A stretch of 64,000 nucleotides of DNA from Camelus dromedarius (Eukaryota). The stretch spans positions 31,188,001 to 31,252,000 of the forward strand of contig NC_087437.1 in assembly GCF_036321535.1 (NCBI RefSeq), written 5' to 3'. The position numbers and the translations under genes are program-made. Shown in pieces: positions 13,985 to 25,416 of this stretch. Under the pieces are notes generated by a model. It was not told the DNA's origin and made no database searches. It saw only the letters and a program-made list of their open reading frames with translations. Position 1 is the first letter of the stretch, and every line of letters begins with the position of its first letter.

Positions 13985-14325
13985 GCAACCTGTCAGCTCA
14001 ACCCCGGAAAATGGAGGGGAAACATCGTCAGTGTTTGAGTGAGTGACCAGAGTGTGGAGCAGCATTCTTTTTGAGCATTGCCCAGCTTGGGGGTAATGAT
14101 TCAAGCTCCCAGCTCCCTTCTCCACTTAGCCTTCCTTTCCCATCTGGTCAGAAGGTTTTCTCTCTTTTGCCTCTGTACAAACCACTTACTTTCCGCCAGG
14201 CATAATTAATTATCTAGGGGTTAAATGTCTTATCTGTCAACTTGATAGTAAAGTCCCTGAGGGCAGAAACCCCATCTTATACTTTTCTTTGACTCATTTA
14301 TTCTGATTTATTTTTTTCTTAAGCC

Positions 14326-14406
14326 TTTTTTTTTTTCTTTTTAGAGATACTGGAGATTGGACCTAAGCATGCTAAGCATGCACTCTACCACTGAGCTAGA
14401 CCGCTC
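14326..14406 (-). mobile_element. Camelid tRNA-derived SINE (Vic-1-like), internally shortened
   Basis: Poly-T followed by gatactggagattg..gctaagcatgcactctaccactgagcta. Confidence 0.85.
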
Positions 14407-14539
14407 TGCTATTTAAGACTTACTGAACACTTGCTGTCTCCTAGGCATAGTTCAGAGCACTGGAGGGACAGAGTGGGGGGTGGCAGTGAAAAGGCAAAAA
14501 TATAAGTACATTTATATAGCATATTAAGTGCAATGTCAA

Positions 14540-14760
14540 AAATGTACAGGCGGGAGTTAACATTCATTGGCTCCTACTATGTGTACGCACATTGCTAAGT
14601 TCTTACATTTATTCTGTTTGAAACTCTCAGCATGAGAGAGGTTGGTGCTTTTATCTTCATTTAACAGGCAAGCAAACTGAGGCTTAGAGAGGAAATCAGC
14701 CCGAGGTCACCCGACCTGCCTAACTCAAGAGGTCAGCCTTTAAGCATTCTGCTTTATTGC
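14540..14760 (-). mobile_element. MIR SINE remnant
   Basis: catttaacaggcaagcaaactgaggcttagagagg. Confidence 0.65.
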
Positions 14761-16159
14761 CCAATGTGCCTGCCCAGCTAGAGAGTAGTGTCAGCAGGAG
14801 CTTCAAGGATGAGCAGCCCTCACGGCCCTGAGTCAGAATCCTGCACATCAAAGGCACGAAATGCCAATTGCCATTTGTCTCATTAGAAGCTGGTCATAGA
14901 TTAGGAGCATGTGATAAGTGCGTAGAGAACTGTAGCTCAAAATACAAAGTTAATTGTTCATCATTTTTCTCTGGCAACATTTTCTTGGATCTCTAAAAAA
15001 AATCTTTAGGAATCTTGTGGGCAAGAGGCAGGAAACTGGTCCATAGTTTGTTGATAAGAAAGTCGAGGCATCAAACAATTAAGTGATATTCCTAATAACG
15101 GAGAACGAGCCAGAACGTGGCCACAGGAAGTTGGGCTTATCTCCACGGTGCTGTGTGAGCCCCCCTTTTACCTCCTGATGCTGTGGCCAGCCAGCCCTGG
15201 CAGTGGGGGAGGAGGTCGCCGTCAGTGGATCTGTAAGCAGAGTGGGTTGGTGACCAGGGTACACTCAGGGGCTCTGGCTTTGCCACTACTTGACAATGAA
15301 CATCCGCCAAGTGGCTGAGGCCCTCTGGGAGCCCACCTGGCCTCCACTTCCACAGTGAGGAGCACCTTGCTCACGAGCTGTCCTGGAATTCCTCATGAGC
15401 TGAGGCTTCATAGACTGAAAACACTGATTCCCATTCCAAGCCAGTGTCCCGGAATGTTGTCAAATAGCTACCCACCTCCCAGCTTATGTAAAGGAATGGA
15501 ATCCATCTTTTCACTATTCCTTCCATAAGTCTGTATTTATTTATTTATTTTTATATTACTAGTACAGATTTTGTATCTCAATTGTAGCACAGATGGGCCC
15601 AATTTAAGGCAAGAATTCCTGACTACCTGTTCATGTAGGGATAAAGCCATTTTGTAAAATATATCTTCCTGCCTATGCTATTGCCTTCCCTAAAGTTACA
15701 GGTATGTCTTGTTACACAGAGAATTATCAATGGTGAGCGAAATTTTCTTACTTTTTAAAAAGATTGAATATAAATACGAGATCCTATAGTTAGAACTTAG
15801 ACAAGTTTGAACTGTGGCTGAATAGTGGTAGGTACCCTAACAAATGGTTTGTATCATGGAATAACAATGATGTAGGTTATAACCTACAGAATGAATATCA
15901 TACACACTCCACACATGTGTACATGTAAGTATTTATAGACAGAGCTACATCTTCATACTGTTACAAGTTGTATTACCCAAGGAAAAATAACTTACATTTA
16001 CACAGCACTCATGTCCTTTTAAGGTCCTTTCCCACTGTTATCTCACTTTTATTCTTCCAAGAATCCTGAACAATCATTGGAGCAAGTCTATTATTTCCTC
16101 CATTTTATTTTATTTATTAAAATGTTTTTTTCTTGAGGTAAAATTTACATATAACTTTA

Positions 16160-16727
16160 TAGACCTTCTTCAATTTACAATGGAGTTTACATCCTGATAA
16201 ACTCATGGTTAGTTGAAAATATTGTTAAGTCAAAACTGCATTTAATACACCCAACCTACTGAACATCATAGTTTAGCTTAGCCTACCTTCAGCATGCTTA
16301 CATTAGCCTACAGTGGGGCAAAGTCATCTAACACAAAGCCTATTTTGGGTGGGGTAGAGCTCAGGGGTAGAGTGTGTGTCTAGCATGCACGAGGTCCTGG
16401 GTTCAATTCCCAGTACCTTCATTTAAAAAAAAAAAAAAGCCTATTTTACAATGAAGTGTTGAATATCTCATTTATAAAGTTCTGTATGAAAGTGGAAGCT
16501 AGAATGGCTATATGGGTACAGAATTGTATTAAGTGTATTAGTTCTTTACCTGGTGATCGCCGTGGCTGACTCTGGGCTGTGGTCAGTGTCTTTCATAGTG
16601 ACAGAGGATAGTACTGCATATTGCCAGCCCAGGAAAAGATCAAATTTCTAAGTACAATGTCTACTGAATATGTGGAAAGCTCATTGAAAAATTGTAAGTC
16701 AACCCATTGTAAGTTGAGGACCGTCTG
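16160..16727 (+). mobile_element. TcMar-Tigger element, MER47/Tigger5-like
   Basis: TA flanks at 16158-59 and 16728-29; ends in aagttgaggaccgtctg; internal gcatttaatacacc..aacctactgaacatcatag. Confidence 0.88.
16347..16435 (+). mobile_element. Camelid tRNA-derived SINE (Vic-1-like) nested in MER47
   Basis: tagcatgcacgaggtcctgggttcaattcccagtacc plus poly-A; perfect TSD aaagcctatttt at 16335-16346 and 16436-16447. Confidence 0.95.
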
Positions 16728-16771
16728 TATGTTGGTTTCAGGTGTGCAATGTAACGATTCGATATTCCTGT

Positions 16772-16895
16772 ATTTTTTACTATCTACCAGCCCACATGTT
16801 TTTTTTACAAAGCCCATTCCCATTGGAGCCGAAACACATAACCATTACTCTGCACCCACTTGCCTTCCTGTATTTGCCGTGAAGAACACTGCAGT
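16772..16895 (+). repeat. Dispersed direct duplication, copy A (matches 18402-18525)
   Basis: tatctaccagcccac..acaaagcccattcccattggagccgaaaca..ctctgcacccac..gaagaaca is shared; a handful of substitutions and two small indels. Confidence 0.95.
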
Positions 16896-17069
16896 AAGTC
16901 TATTTAACATCTATTTCACCAGTCTTATAGATGATAAAACCAAGGTAGCTTTAGAAAACCAACATGGCCCAGCTCAACAGTGGTAGAGTAAAGCTAGTTC
17001 CTCTTCTTGGGCGAGAATTCCAGGTCCTTTTCTTAACACATTGCAGAAAACCAACATAATGGAGATTGT

Positions 17070-17760
17070 GCTGTAGACCTTGCGCAGTATTGGATAAGAG
17101 CCTGGGCTGACATTTCAATTCACATCTTGACTCTAGAACTTACTAGCTATGCAGTCCTGGACAAGTCACATAACATGTGAAAGCCTCAATTTTTTTAAAA
17201 AACCTATTAAAGGGAAATGGGAGTACTGTATTATTCAGAGTCTAGAAAATGGGTGGCACACTGAGAGAGTTTAATGAGGGACTAATGACAAGAGTGTAGG
17301 CAGAGATCAGAGCACTCAGCAAAGGACGGGAAAGCATCCTGGGGAGAGCAGAGGAACTTCCACATCTGAAGGGACAAGGAGGGGAGCAGTTACCAGAAGC
17401 TGAGGAGAGTGTGGTGGCTACAGGAGAGGGCCCCAGACAGGAGCTGGGGTGACAGACAGAAAGCTAGCCCAGGGCCCCAAAGAGATGGAGATGGAAGAAT
17501 AAGTACCTAGACTTCTCTCTCATCCCTCTCTGGGAAGCCAACAGAAGCTAGAAGCCATGGAAACTGATGATGACATCCATCAAAGTCAGCGCCCAGGGCA
17601 CAGAATAGGATAAAGAAAGATGGCGCATGGACCCTGCAGAAGGACCATGTCACAGGGTAGTCATGGTGATTGCACAAAATAAGGCAGGTACCACGCTCAG
17701 CACAGGGCCTAGAACACAAGTTCGCAATAAATGTTCGTTGTTGAAATCATTTTTATTATT
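17070..17760 (+). mobile_element. MIR split by an LTR insertion
   Basis: acttactagctatgcagtcctggacaagtcac before the LTR and cacagggcctagaacac..caataaatgtt after it. Confidence 0.65.
17227..17655 (-). mobile_element. ERVL-class solo LTR (LTR33-like)
   Basis: tgtattattcagag..tggcacact..gagagtttaatgagggacta..ggagcagttaccagaa; family recalled, not aligned. Confidence 0.55.
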
Positions 17761-18401
17761 ATTCCCATTAATATTTGGTGCCGCTTTTCAGCTTTAGGGA
17801 GATAGTTCTAAAAACATGACTGATAACTCACTTTGATCTGAAACCTAGAATAATTATTCTGCTCAAAAGAGGGATAGGATGTCAGGCACATCTACAGGAC
17901 TAATTCGTAGGATTAAAAGGGAACATTTATATGTACATTTTAACATTGTGTCTGGTGACAGTGTAATTAAGATTGTGTCAAGGTTTCCATTGTGTCTCAC
18001 TATTTTCAAGCTTTTTTAACTTGGTTATAAAATTTTGCCCTGGCGGAAACTTGGCTTATTATGTCTCAGCCATTAGATGAAATTTTTTACAGAGAAAAAG
18101 ACCTTTTAATTGTCTTTCACTTGAGTAATGGAATATGTGTGTGTGCATGTGTGTGTGTATGTGTGCCGAGGGTGTAGACATGTGTATATCCATTAATATG
18201 TATGGTGATTGCTTTGGGGTTCTGTCTTACTTCTGCCCTATCTTGATACCGTTAACCCTGCTGCTTAATAAGGAAATGACTCAAAAAGATGACTCATCTA
18301 CGATCCCTCAGGAAGAGAGAATTGAAAAAAGGCAAAAGAACAGGAAAAGAAAGAAGAAATAAGAGCCATAGGAGAGATGACTTATAATAACCTTGCAAAT
18401 A

Positions 18402-18525
18402 ATTTTTTAGTATCTACCAGCCCACGTTTTTTCACAAAGCCCATTCCCATTGGAGCCGAAACAAATAACCATTCCTCTGCACCCACCTGCCTTCCTGCAT
18501 TTGCCATGAAGAACAATGATGCAGT
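18402..18525 (+). repeat. Dispersed direct duplication, copy B (probable source)
   Basis: Matches 16772-16895; embedded in apparently unique sequence. Confidence 0.95.
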
Positions 18526-19999
18526 TAGTAAAGAACATTGCAGAGCAAACAGAGGACTTTCCAGAATCTTGTTAAAGGCGAATGCTCATTTCCATCCAAT
18601 TGCTGAACTAAAATTTTAGACAGGGAGTAAATAAATATTTAAACTACCTAAGGTATGTGCACCCCTGGTTATTTACAAAGCTGATCCACATCTCCAGAAC
18701 TGGAGAGCTTGCCAGGAAGGCAGCAACAGAGGGAGGAAAGGAGCAGGATGGAGGCCAAGGGGACTTGGAGTGTACTGGGTGTCTTTCTGGAACTGTTCAG
18801 TCAAGTGAAAGATAGTGGAGTAAAGAAGGAGAGAGGGCAGAGGCCATTTCCTCTTTTTAATGTACATCCGCAGCTCAGCTTAAACAATTTGTAACAGCAG
18901 TAAGATGTAGATTTTCTGTAACAGACTTGAAAAGACTCAGTTTTCAATTCATGTTGTGTATACTTTTGGAATCCTGGCTGTTAGGAATGAAGGACTCTGA
19001 GAGGTCACTTAGTCCAAGCATCACAAACCCAGAAGCCTACAGGGGCCGGATGGGTAAGTGAGTGCCGGGCCGGGCCTTCCCCACACCTGCAGAGGTCGGA
19101 CCTGATGGCCAGTCTACAGGCACAACTACTACTCAGCTTCTCAAGAATCCTTGCTCTGTTGAAAGAGGAGCCCCGTGATGCCCCTATCTTGCAGATTTTT
19201 GAGAGAAGCTGGAAATCCTCTAGAATATCAGCTCCAGGAGGGCGTGGGTTTTTCACTTGTATTGTCTATAACTGTAAATCCAGTGCTTAGAAGAGTGAAA
19301 GGGCATTCTGTAAGCACTCAAATAAATATTTGTTTAATGAAGGCACATAGAAAAATAAGCAAGCAGTCAGCAAGCTGGACTTTTAGGTGAATTCTTCTGA
19401 ATTATAATGTTGACAAATAGGTTTTTATGTCTGATTAAAAGGGAGAGAATCCACCCCTATGTGGACTGAACAAAACCCATCTCAGGGCGAGGTAACAACT
19501 ACTAAAGGGATGCTGCTTTGCTACCTGGGGTCTAATTCAAGTTCTCTGTGCTGCAGACAAGGAAACTGAGGCCCCAGAACATTACTTCTTTGTTCAGGGG
19601 TCACACGTAGTTAATGGCAGAGCTACTAAACCAATAAAACAGCCTTCACCTAATTCCTGTCTAGAGCTTTTTCTTCCTTCCTACCTCAATACTGCTTCAA
19701 AAACAAATACAAAAAACAACAGCAACAGCGAAAGATCAGGAAATAGTTATATTCCTTTATAAGCAGTCAAAGCATAGCCAAGACCTTTGAAATTAAAAGA
19801 TAATTGCAAGGGGGTCAATGGAGCAATTTAGAAAGAGGCAGGAGGAGCCCCCACTAGGGATTCCTGCACAGCCAGTGTGGCAGCGAGAAAAGCTCTCCTA
19901 TCCCACTCTTTGTCTGTCAGAACCCAAAGCCCAGGTTTTGCTGCAGAAGCACACAGCCCTCCAAATCTCAGCACCTTCAAGCATAGGGTTTATTTCTGA

Positions 20000-20270
20000 T
20001 GCATACCGCCTTTCTTCGTGGGTTACCTGGGGATACTCTGCATTGTCCTTTCTCCAGGACGTTGTCCATCGCTCTGGCAGCCTGATAAAGAGAACACGGC
20101 AAATGGTACCCTGGCTCTTAGTGCTTCTGCCCAAAAGTGACGCCTGGCATCTCTGCTCACATGTCATTGACTGCGTAAGTCACGTGACCACACCTAACTT
20201 AAAAACGGCAGCGAGGAACACTCCTACCACATGTTAGGAATACAGGGGGCAGAACCACTGGTGAACAGAC
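20000..20270 (-). mobile_element. Old MaLR LTR fragment (MLT1J/K/L-like)
   Basis: ctgctcacatgtcattgactgcgtaagtcacgtgaccacacctaactt. Confidence 0.55.
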
Positions 20271-20520
20271 ACACGGTTTCACTTAATACAGCTCAAGAGC
20301 CCTGAGGAAAAAAGCATCCCTTGAAAAGCACTGATTTTTGTCTAACTTTATTTCTTAGTGAAAGAGAAACTAAATCTTCAACTTGTCAACATTTCCTTTT
20401 GAGTATTCTCTCTTGTGCTGTCTCTTCTTTTTTTTTTTTCAAATTATTCCAAATACCCTACTAATCAAATGCTTAACCAGATGGAAGGAAACAAAACACT
20501 TAGAAATCTGTCTTAATTGC

Positions 20521-21779
20521 TTTTTTTAAAATCATTTTTTATTGATTTATAATCATTTTACAATGTTGTATCAAATTCCACTGTAGAGCACAATTCTTCA
20601 GTTATACATGAACATATATATATCCACTGTCACATTTTTTTCTCTGTGAGCTACCACAAGATCCCATATATATTTCCCTGTGCTATACAGTATAATCTTG
20701 TTTATCTATTCTACAATTTTGAAATCCCAGTCTATCCCTTCCCACTCTCCACCCCCTTGGCAACCACAAGTTTGTATTCTATGTCTATGAGTCTATTTCT
20801 GTTTTGTGTTTATGCTTTGTTTGTGGTTTTTTTTTTTTTAGATTCCACATATGAGTGATCTCACATGGTATTTTTCTTTCTCTTTCTGGCTTACTTCACT
20901 TAGAATGAAATTCTCCAGGAGCATCCATGTTGCTGCAAATGGCGTTATGTTGTCGGTTTTTATGGCTGAGTAGTATTCCATTGTATAAATATACCGCATC
21001 TTCTTTATCCAGTCATCCGTTGATGGACATTTAGGCTGTTTCCTGTCTTGGCTATTATAAATAGTGCTTCTATGAACATTGGGGTGCAGGTGTCATTTTG
21101 AAGTAGGGTTCCTTCTGGATATATGCCCAGGAACAGGATTCCTGGGTCATATGGTAAGTCTATTCCTAGTCTTTTGAGGAATCTCCATACTGTTTTCCAC
21201 AGTGGCTGTACCAAACTGCATTCCCACCAACAGTGTAGAAGGGTTCCCCTTTCTCCACAGCCTCTCCAGCATTTGTCATTTGTGGATTTTTGAATGATGG
21301 CCATTCTGACTGGTGTGAGGTGATACCTCATCGTAGTTTTGATTTGCATTTCTCTGATAACTAGTGATATTGAGCATTTTTTCATGTGCCTATTGATCAT
21401 TTGTATGTCTTCCTTGGAGAATTGCTTGTTAAGGTCTTTTGCCCATTTTTGGATTGGGTTGTTTGGCTGTTTCTTGTTAAGTCGTATGAGCTGCTTATAT
21501 ATTCTGGAGATCAAGCCTTTGTCGGTTTCATTTGCAAAAATTTTCTCCCATTCTATAGGTTGTCTTTTTGTTTTACTTACGGTTTCCTTTGCTGTGCAGA
21601 AGCTTGTAAGTTTCGTTAAGTCCCATTTGTTTACTCTTGCTTTTATTTCTATTGCTTGAGTAGACTGCCCTAGGAGAACATTTTTGAGATGTATGTCAGA
21701 TAATCTTTTGCCTATATTTTCTTCTAGGAGGTTTATTGTATCTTGTCTTATGTTTAAGTCTTTGATTCATTTTGAGTTT
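20521..21779 (-). mobile_element. Young 5'-truncated L1 (~1.26 kb) with ORF2 C-terminal remnant
   Basis: ORF 21005-21514 is the L1 ORF2 C-terminus ([38 protein letters not shown]); TSD atctg(t/g)cttaattg at 20506-20519 and 21780-21793. Confidence 0.97.
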
Positions 21780-22131
21780 ATCTGGCTTAATTGTTAGTAC
21801 CATGTTAATACTCTGGATTTCCAAATACAGCAGTATGTAGTCTGCTTTGATGAAGTCCAGCTTTAATGTTGGTCGGAAAGCCTCCCCCTGCCAACACCAT
21901 GAACATCTCTATAGATACACATGACCAGCAGACACACTCTGGGTAGGAGCAGAGCTGAGTTCACTCCAGAAAATGAAAGATATGTTCAGAGATACCAGAT
22001 GCCCTTTCTACAAACTTTGAGCAATCTCCAGGCCGTGAGACAGTGCTGTGCCCAGAGGGGGCCAGGGAGCCATACTCCAGAAACCGCCGGCTGAGCTGCT
22101 GTATCTCAGCTGCATTGAAAAGCAAGGCTTT

Positions 22132-22293
22132 GTGGGGAGAAAATAGCTTGGTGGTAGAGTACCTGCTTAGCATGAGCAAGGTCTTGGGCTCAGTCTCCAG
22201 TACCTCCATTAAAATAAACAAACAAACAAACCTAATTACCGCCCCCCTCAAAGAACATAGGGACGGAAATTTAAAAATAAATTAATGTTTTTA
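22132..22293 (+). mobile_element. Camelid tRNA-derived SINE, long-tailed variant
   Basis: tRNA-like head plus extended tail aaacctaattaccgccccc..; TSD aaaagcaa(g/a)gcttt at 22118-22131 and 22294-22307. Confidence 0.92.
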
Positions 22294-23831
22294 AAAAGCA
22301 AAGCTTTAGTTTGTCAACAACCAGAGATAAATAAGGCTGACTCTAATCAAACTGACTATTTGCTCTCCCTGATCTAAACTGTGAGCTCTGTGAAGGCAGG
22401 AAATTTTCCTTAAAAACAAACAAGCAGAAAGTTTACTTATCACATTTTTTTAATATTAAAAACTTTTTAGTAATGGTTCTATTAAGAACTTGACTTCACC
22501 TACAAAGTTAGAATGGCAATTACACTTAAGGTGGACTCATTAAAAAATTTCAATACCTTGTTACAGTTATGCGCTATTGAAATTCCAGAAGGTATTCTCA
22601 GAATCTAACATAATCCTAAACATGAAAGATTCATTGAGTAAGTGGATAAATGGATGAATGGTGCAAGCAATTGGCATGTGCTGACAAGCACTGAAAGAGG
22701 TTAGGAAATAGAATTTCCTTCCCCTAAACATGTTTTATTTGAGGATGCCTTTCTTGAGATGGAGAGAGGGGTGAGGGGCCACACAAGATTCTAGGTGTTT
22801 TCACTTGTGTACAATCCATAATCTTCTGCCATCTTCCCACAGAGAACTTTGGGGAGCCCATGGACAAGATCTAGAAGGTGGGAGGCCAGCCAGCGGGGCT
22901 GTGTGGGGAAGAGCAGCACGTGGGGCGGCGGGGCTGGGGGAGCCCCAGCAAGTGGCTGGAGGAGCTCTCACGTGTCCTCCGCCCTCACTGCTCTAGGGCT
23001 GCTCCATAAACACACCTCCATGAGGACTGTCCAGCGGGCTCTGGGAAGCCTGGAGGCATTCTTCTCCCCCTTGTCCCCTCACGTCCTTATCTGCCTCTTG
23101 CTACAGACACCCCTGGATGGGAGGGGAGCAGAATTGGGGCAGCCCAGTGAAAAGCGGAGGAGGGAAGCAGGTGTAGAAGCACGGTGAAGGAAGCTTCTCC
23201 CAGCTCCCTTCCCCTAAGCCCCTCCTTCCCTATTTCCTTGCAAAGTCAATCAGATATTCATTAGAGCGAATATTTCTGTACTAGTTGTGGTTTGGTTAGG
23301 GTTCCTGGGGTTCCGCCTCCCAAGAATGGCTGGTGTTTGGAGAAACACAGGTAGTGGGAATGCTGCAGTGTGTGAGCAGTTCACACCCAGAGAAACAACT
23401 GTAAGTGCAAACACAGAGCCCTTTTTATGTGTGACGGGCTTTGTATTGATTGACTGTATCCTCAAACATGCCTCTGAGAGCAATACCCTACTAGCCCCAT
23501 GCTATAGATGACCAGGCTGAGACACTTGGTCAAGGCCAAAAGCAAGCACATGATGGCACTCGAACACAGGCAGCCTGACTCAAGCACTCTTGCCTTTACT
23601 TCCTTCTCCAGACCCCTTTTCCTTCTATTTTTTCCCTTGGTAAATATATGAATTTCAGAACAAAGATGCGTGTGGGCCATTGTGGGAATCCACATACCTT
23701 TTGTACCATTTATAACATTGTTTTTACAGCAAAATGCATTCTGAGTTCCAAACAGCCAGCTTACAAATAAACTTTAGAGCCTTACTCTATTTATAAGCTG
23801 GTTATTTTTTGAATTTCATTTTACATCTCAG

Positions 23832-23939
23832 GTAGTGAAAGCAGCATTTGAAAGAAACCAGAAAGTCTGGTTCCAGAAAATCAAGGTCCTCTGACATATC
23901 CTAGAACTAAAAATAGTGGAGATGCATTTTACACAACAG
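23832..23939 (+). other. Candidate non-coding/poison exon (108 nt)
   Basis: T-rich acceptor ..tttcattttacatctcag and donor CAG|gtatgt; stops in all three frames. Confidence 0.3.
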
Positions 23940-24225
23940 GTATGTTCCAAAGTCAAAGATTCAAGGGGTTAGGAGAGAACTGGGTGTAGTTAAAATTACC
24001 CTTGAAAATTCTTTTGGAAGCCTCCACACCAGAGGCCAGCAGACCACCTCCCAGCCTCCTTCTTCCTCCAATGCTGTTGAACACCAGGTAGAGCCGTCAG
24101 CTTGTGTTTCAAGCCATGAACTTCAGGATCTCTTAGGCCCAGTGAGATGGTCGCTCTGTGTCAGCCACAAGGGACTGGGTTCGACTGAGGAAATGGCAGA
24201 CTCTCCTACCATCTGCTCCTTCCAG

Positions 24226-24361
24226 AACAGTCCTTAGAGGAAGGAAATCACCAACAGAATGGCTTGAATAATTTCTCCTCCTTTCACTTTTCTGATCCAG
24301 TGCTTTTTGTTGAATTCGAGTACGTTAAATGAACATTTGATGAACTCGAAATACATCCGTG
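24226..24361 (+). other. Candidate non-coding exon (136 nt)
   Basis: Acceptor ctctcctaccatctgctccttccag and donor GTG|gtaagc; stops in all three frames. Confidence 0.3.
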
Positions 24362-24972
24362 GTAAGCAGGATGCTGAGAAACGTGGGGCCTCGGAATGAT
24401 CTGAAAATCTCCACACAAGCTCATTCTCACATCTCCATTGACCTCTGTAGAGCACTTCAATATGTCACAGCACCACGGGTTTCCAAGAGAATTTCCACTA
24501 GAAACACGACATGAAGGGACAGAGGAATGACCAGACTGCTCACAGGGCTCTGAGGGTCCCGGCTCTCACTGAGCCTGCTTTCTCAGCTCACGCCGGGCCC
24601 CAGGTTTTTTTAAGTTGACATACCTGAGAAGATTTTATGCTAGAGAGGAAGCTGCTTGGATGATAAGAACTCAGTTCTCCTTTTATTAAAGGATGATGCT
24701 ACTGAGGTGACAAGAGGAAGCCCACATTTTAAATTATTTTTCCGAGAGGGTGGATGTGCGCCAACCAGCACCGCCTTCTCTGAGGCAGGCTTACCCTCTA
24801 TTGTTTGACTCCAAATTCCTTCTTAATTTTTCATCATTTGGAACTTACACAGGAAATTAGTTCTTTTTCCCCTCCGTGTTGCTGTATGCATATGAGTGAC
24901 TGGTTGCCAGAAAGATTCTTCAGGTAAAATGGTAGATACTAAGGACGAATGACGGGAATGGGTTAGGAGTTC

Positions 24973-25078
24973 GTTTTGTTTTGTTTTGTTATTTTTTTTT
25001 TATGGAGGTATTGGGGATTGAACCCAGGACCTTGCTCATGCCAAGCAGGTGCTCTGCCACTGAGCTATACCCTCCCCC
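24973..25078 (-). mobile_element. Camelid tRNA-derived SINE (Vic-1-like)
   Basis: (TTTTG)n/poly-T plus atggaggtattggggattgaacccagg..ctctgccactgagctataccctccccc. Confidence 0.93.
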
Positions 25079-25402
25079 AGGCAGTGCCTTTCAAAGCAGC
25101 ATAAAACTGAAATGCTTCTACATTCAACTTTTCCTCTAAACAGTATTCACAGATTTGTATTTATGTACATCATTACAGTAGAACTCTCAGCCCCTTAAGC
25201 CTGCAAAAATATCTAACAATCATTCACGTACTTGGTTCTTCAATTTGTCTATACATTGACCACACACTTCCTTAACCTATCTTTCAGCCATTAAAGATGG
25301 CATTAGAGAAGTATTTTTTAAACAAATCCTTTGATTCTGTGTGAGATCTGTGTCATTCCAAAGACAGAATTTGAGGTGTTTCTTTTGTGTGGTTGAGGTT
25401 AA

Positions 25403-25416
25403 GTTGCCATGGTAAT
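25403..25416. promoter_or_regulatory. RFX X-box-like motif
   Basis: GTTGCCATGGTAAT matches the GTTGCCATGGCAAC consensus at 12 of 14 positions. Confidence 0.45.

Larger units (their letters stand above)
16104..16775 (-). mobile_element. Short L1 3'-end stub interrupted by MER47
   Basis: T-rich tail plus ttgaggtaaaatttacatataac, resuming after the Tigger element as tgttggtttcaggtgtgcaatgtaacgattcgatatt; compare the L1 segment at 57840-57905. Confidence 0.75.
15990..17040 (-). mobile_element. MIR interrupted by an ~820-bp composite insertion (~16105-16925)
   Basis: MIR halves tattatttcctccatttta and ttatagatgataaaaccaagg lie on either side of the insert. Confidence 0.55.

Noticed and set aside
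16347..16420. tRNA-like sequences (here and in the five other copies)
   Set aside because: They are SINE heads with A-rich tails, several with TSDs, not tRNA genes
18135..18362. ORF ending in NLS-like KRQKNRKRKKK
   Set aside because: Derives from a GT repeat and an A/G-rich low-complexity run; no splice support
18487..18494. Minus-strand 8-nt microexon (tgcag|GAAGGCAG|gtgggt) near this position in the duplicated segment
   Set aside because: Frame-shifting length, weak pyrimidine tract, opposite to the inferred gene strand, and the donor context differs in the other copy
21005..21514. 169-aa ORF as a host gene
   Set aside because: It is the C-terminus of L1 ORF2 within a TSD-flanked truncated L1
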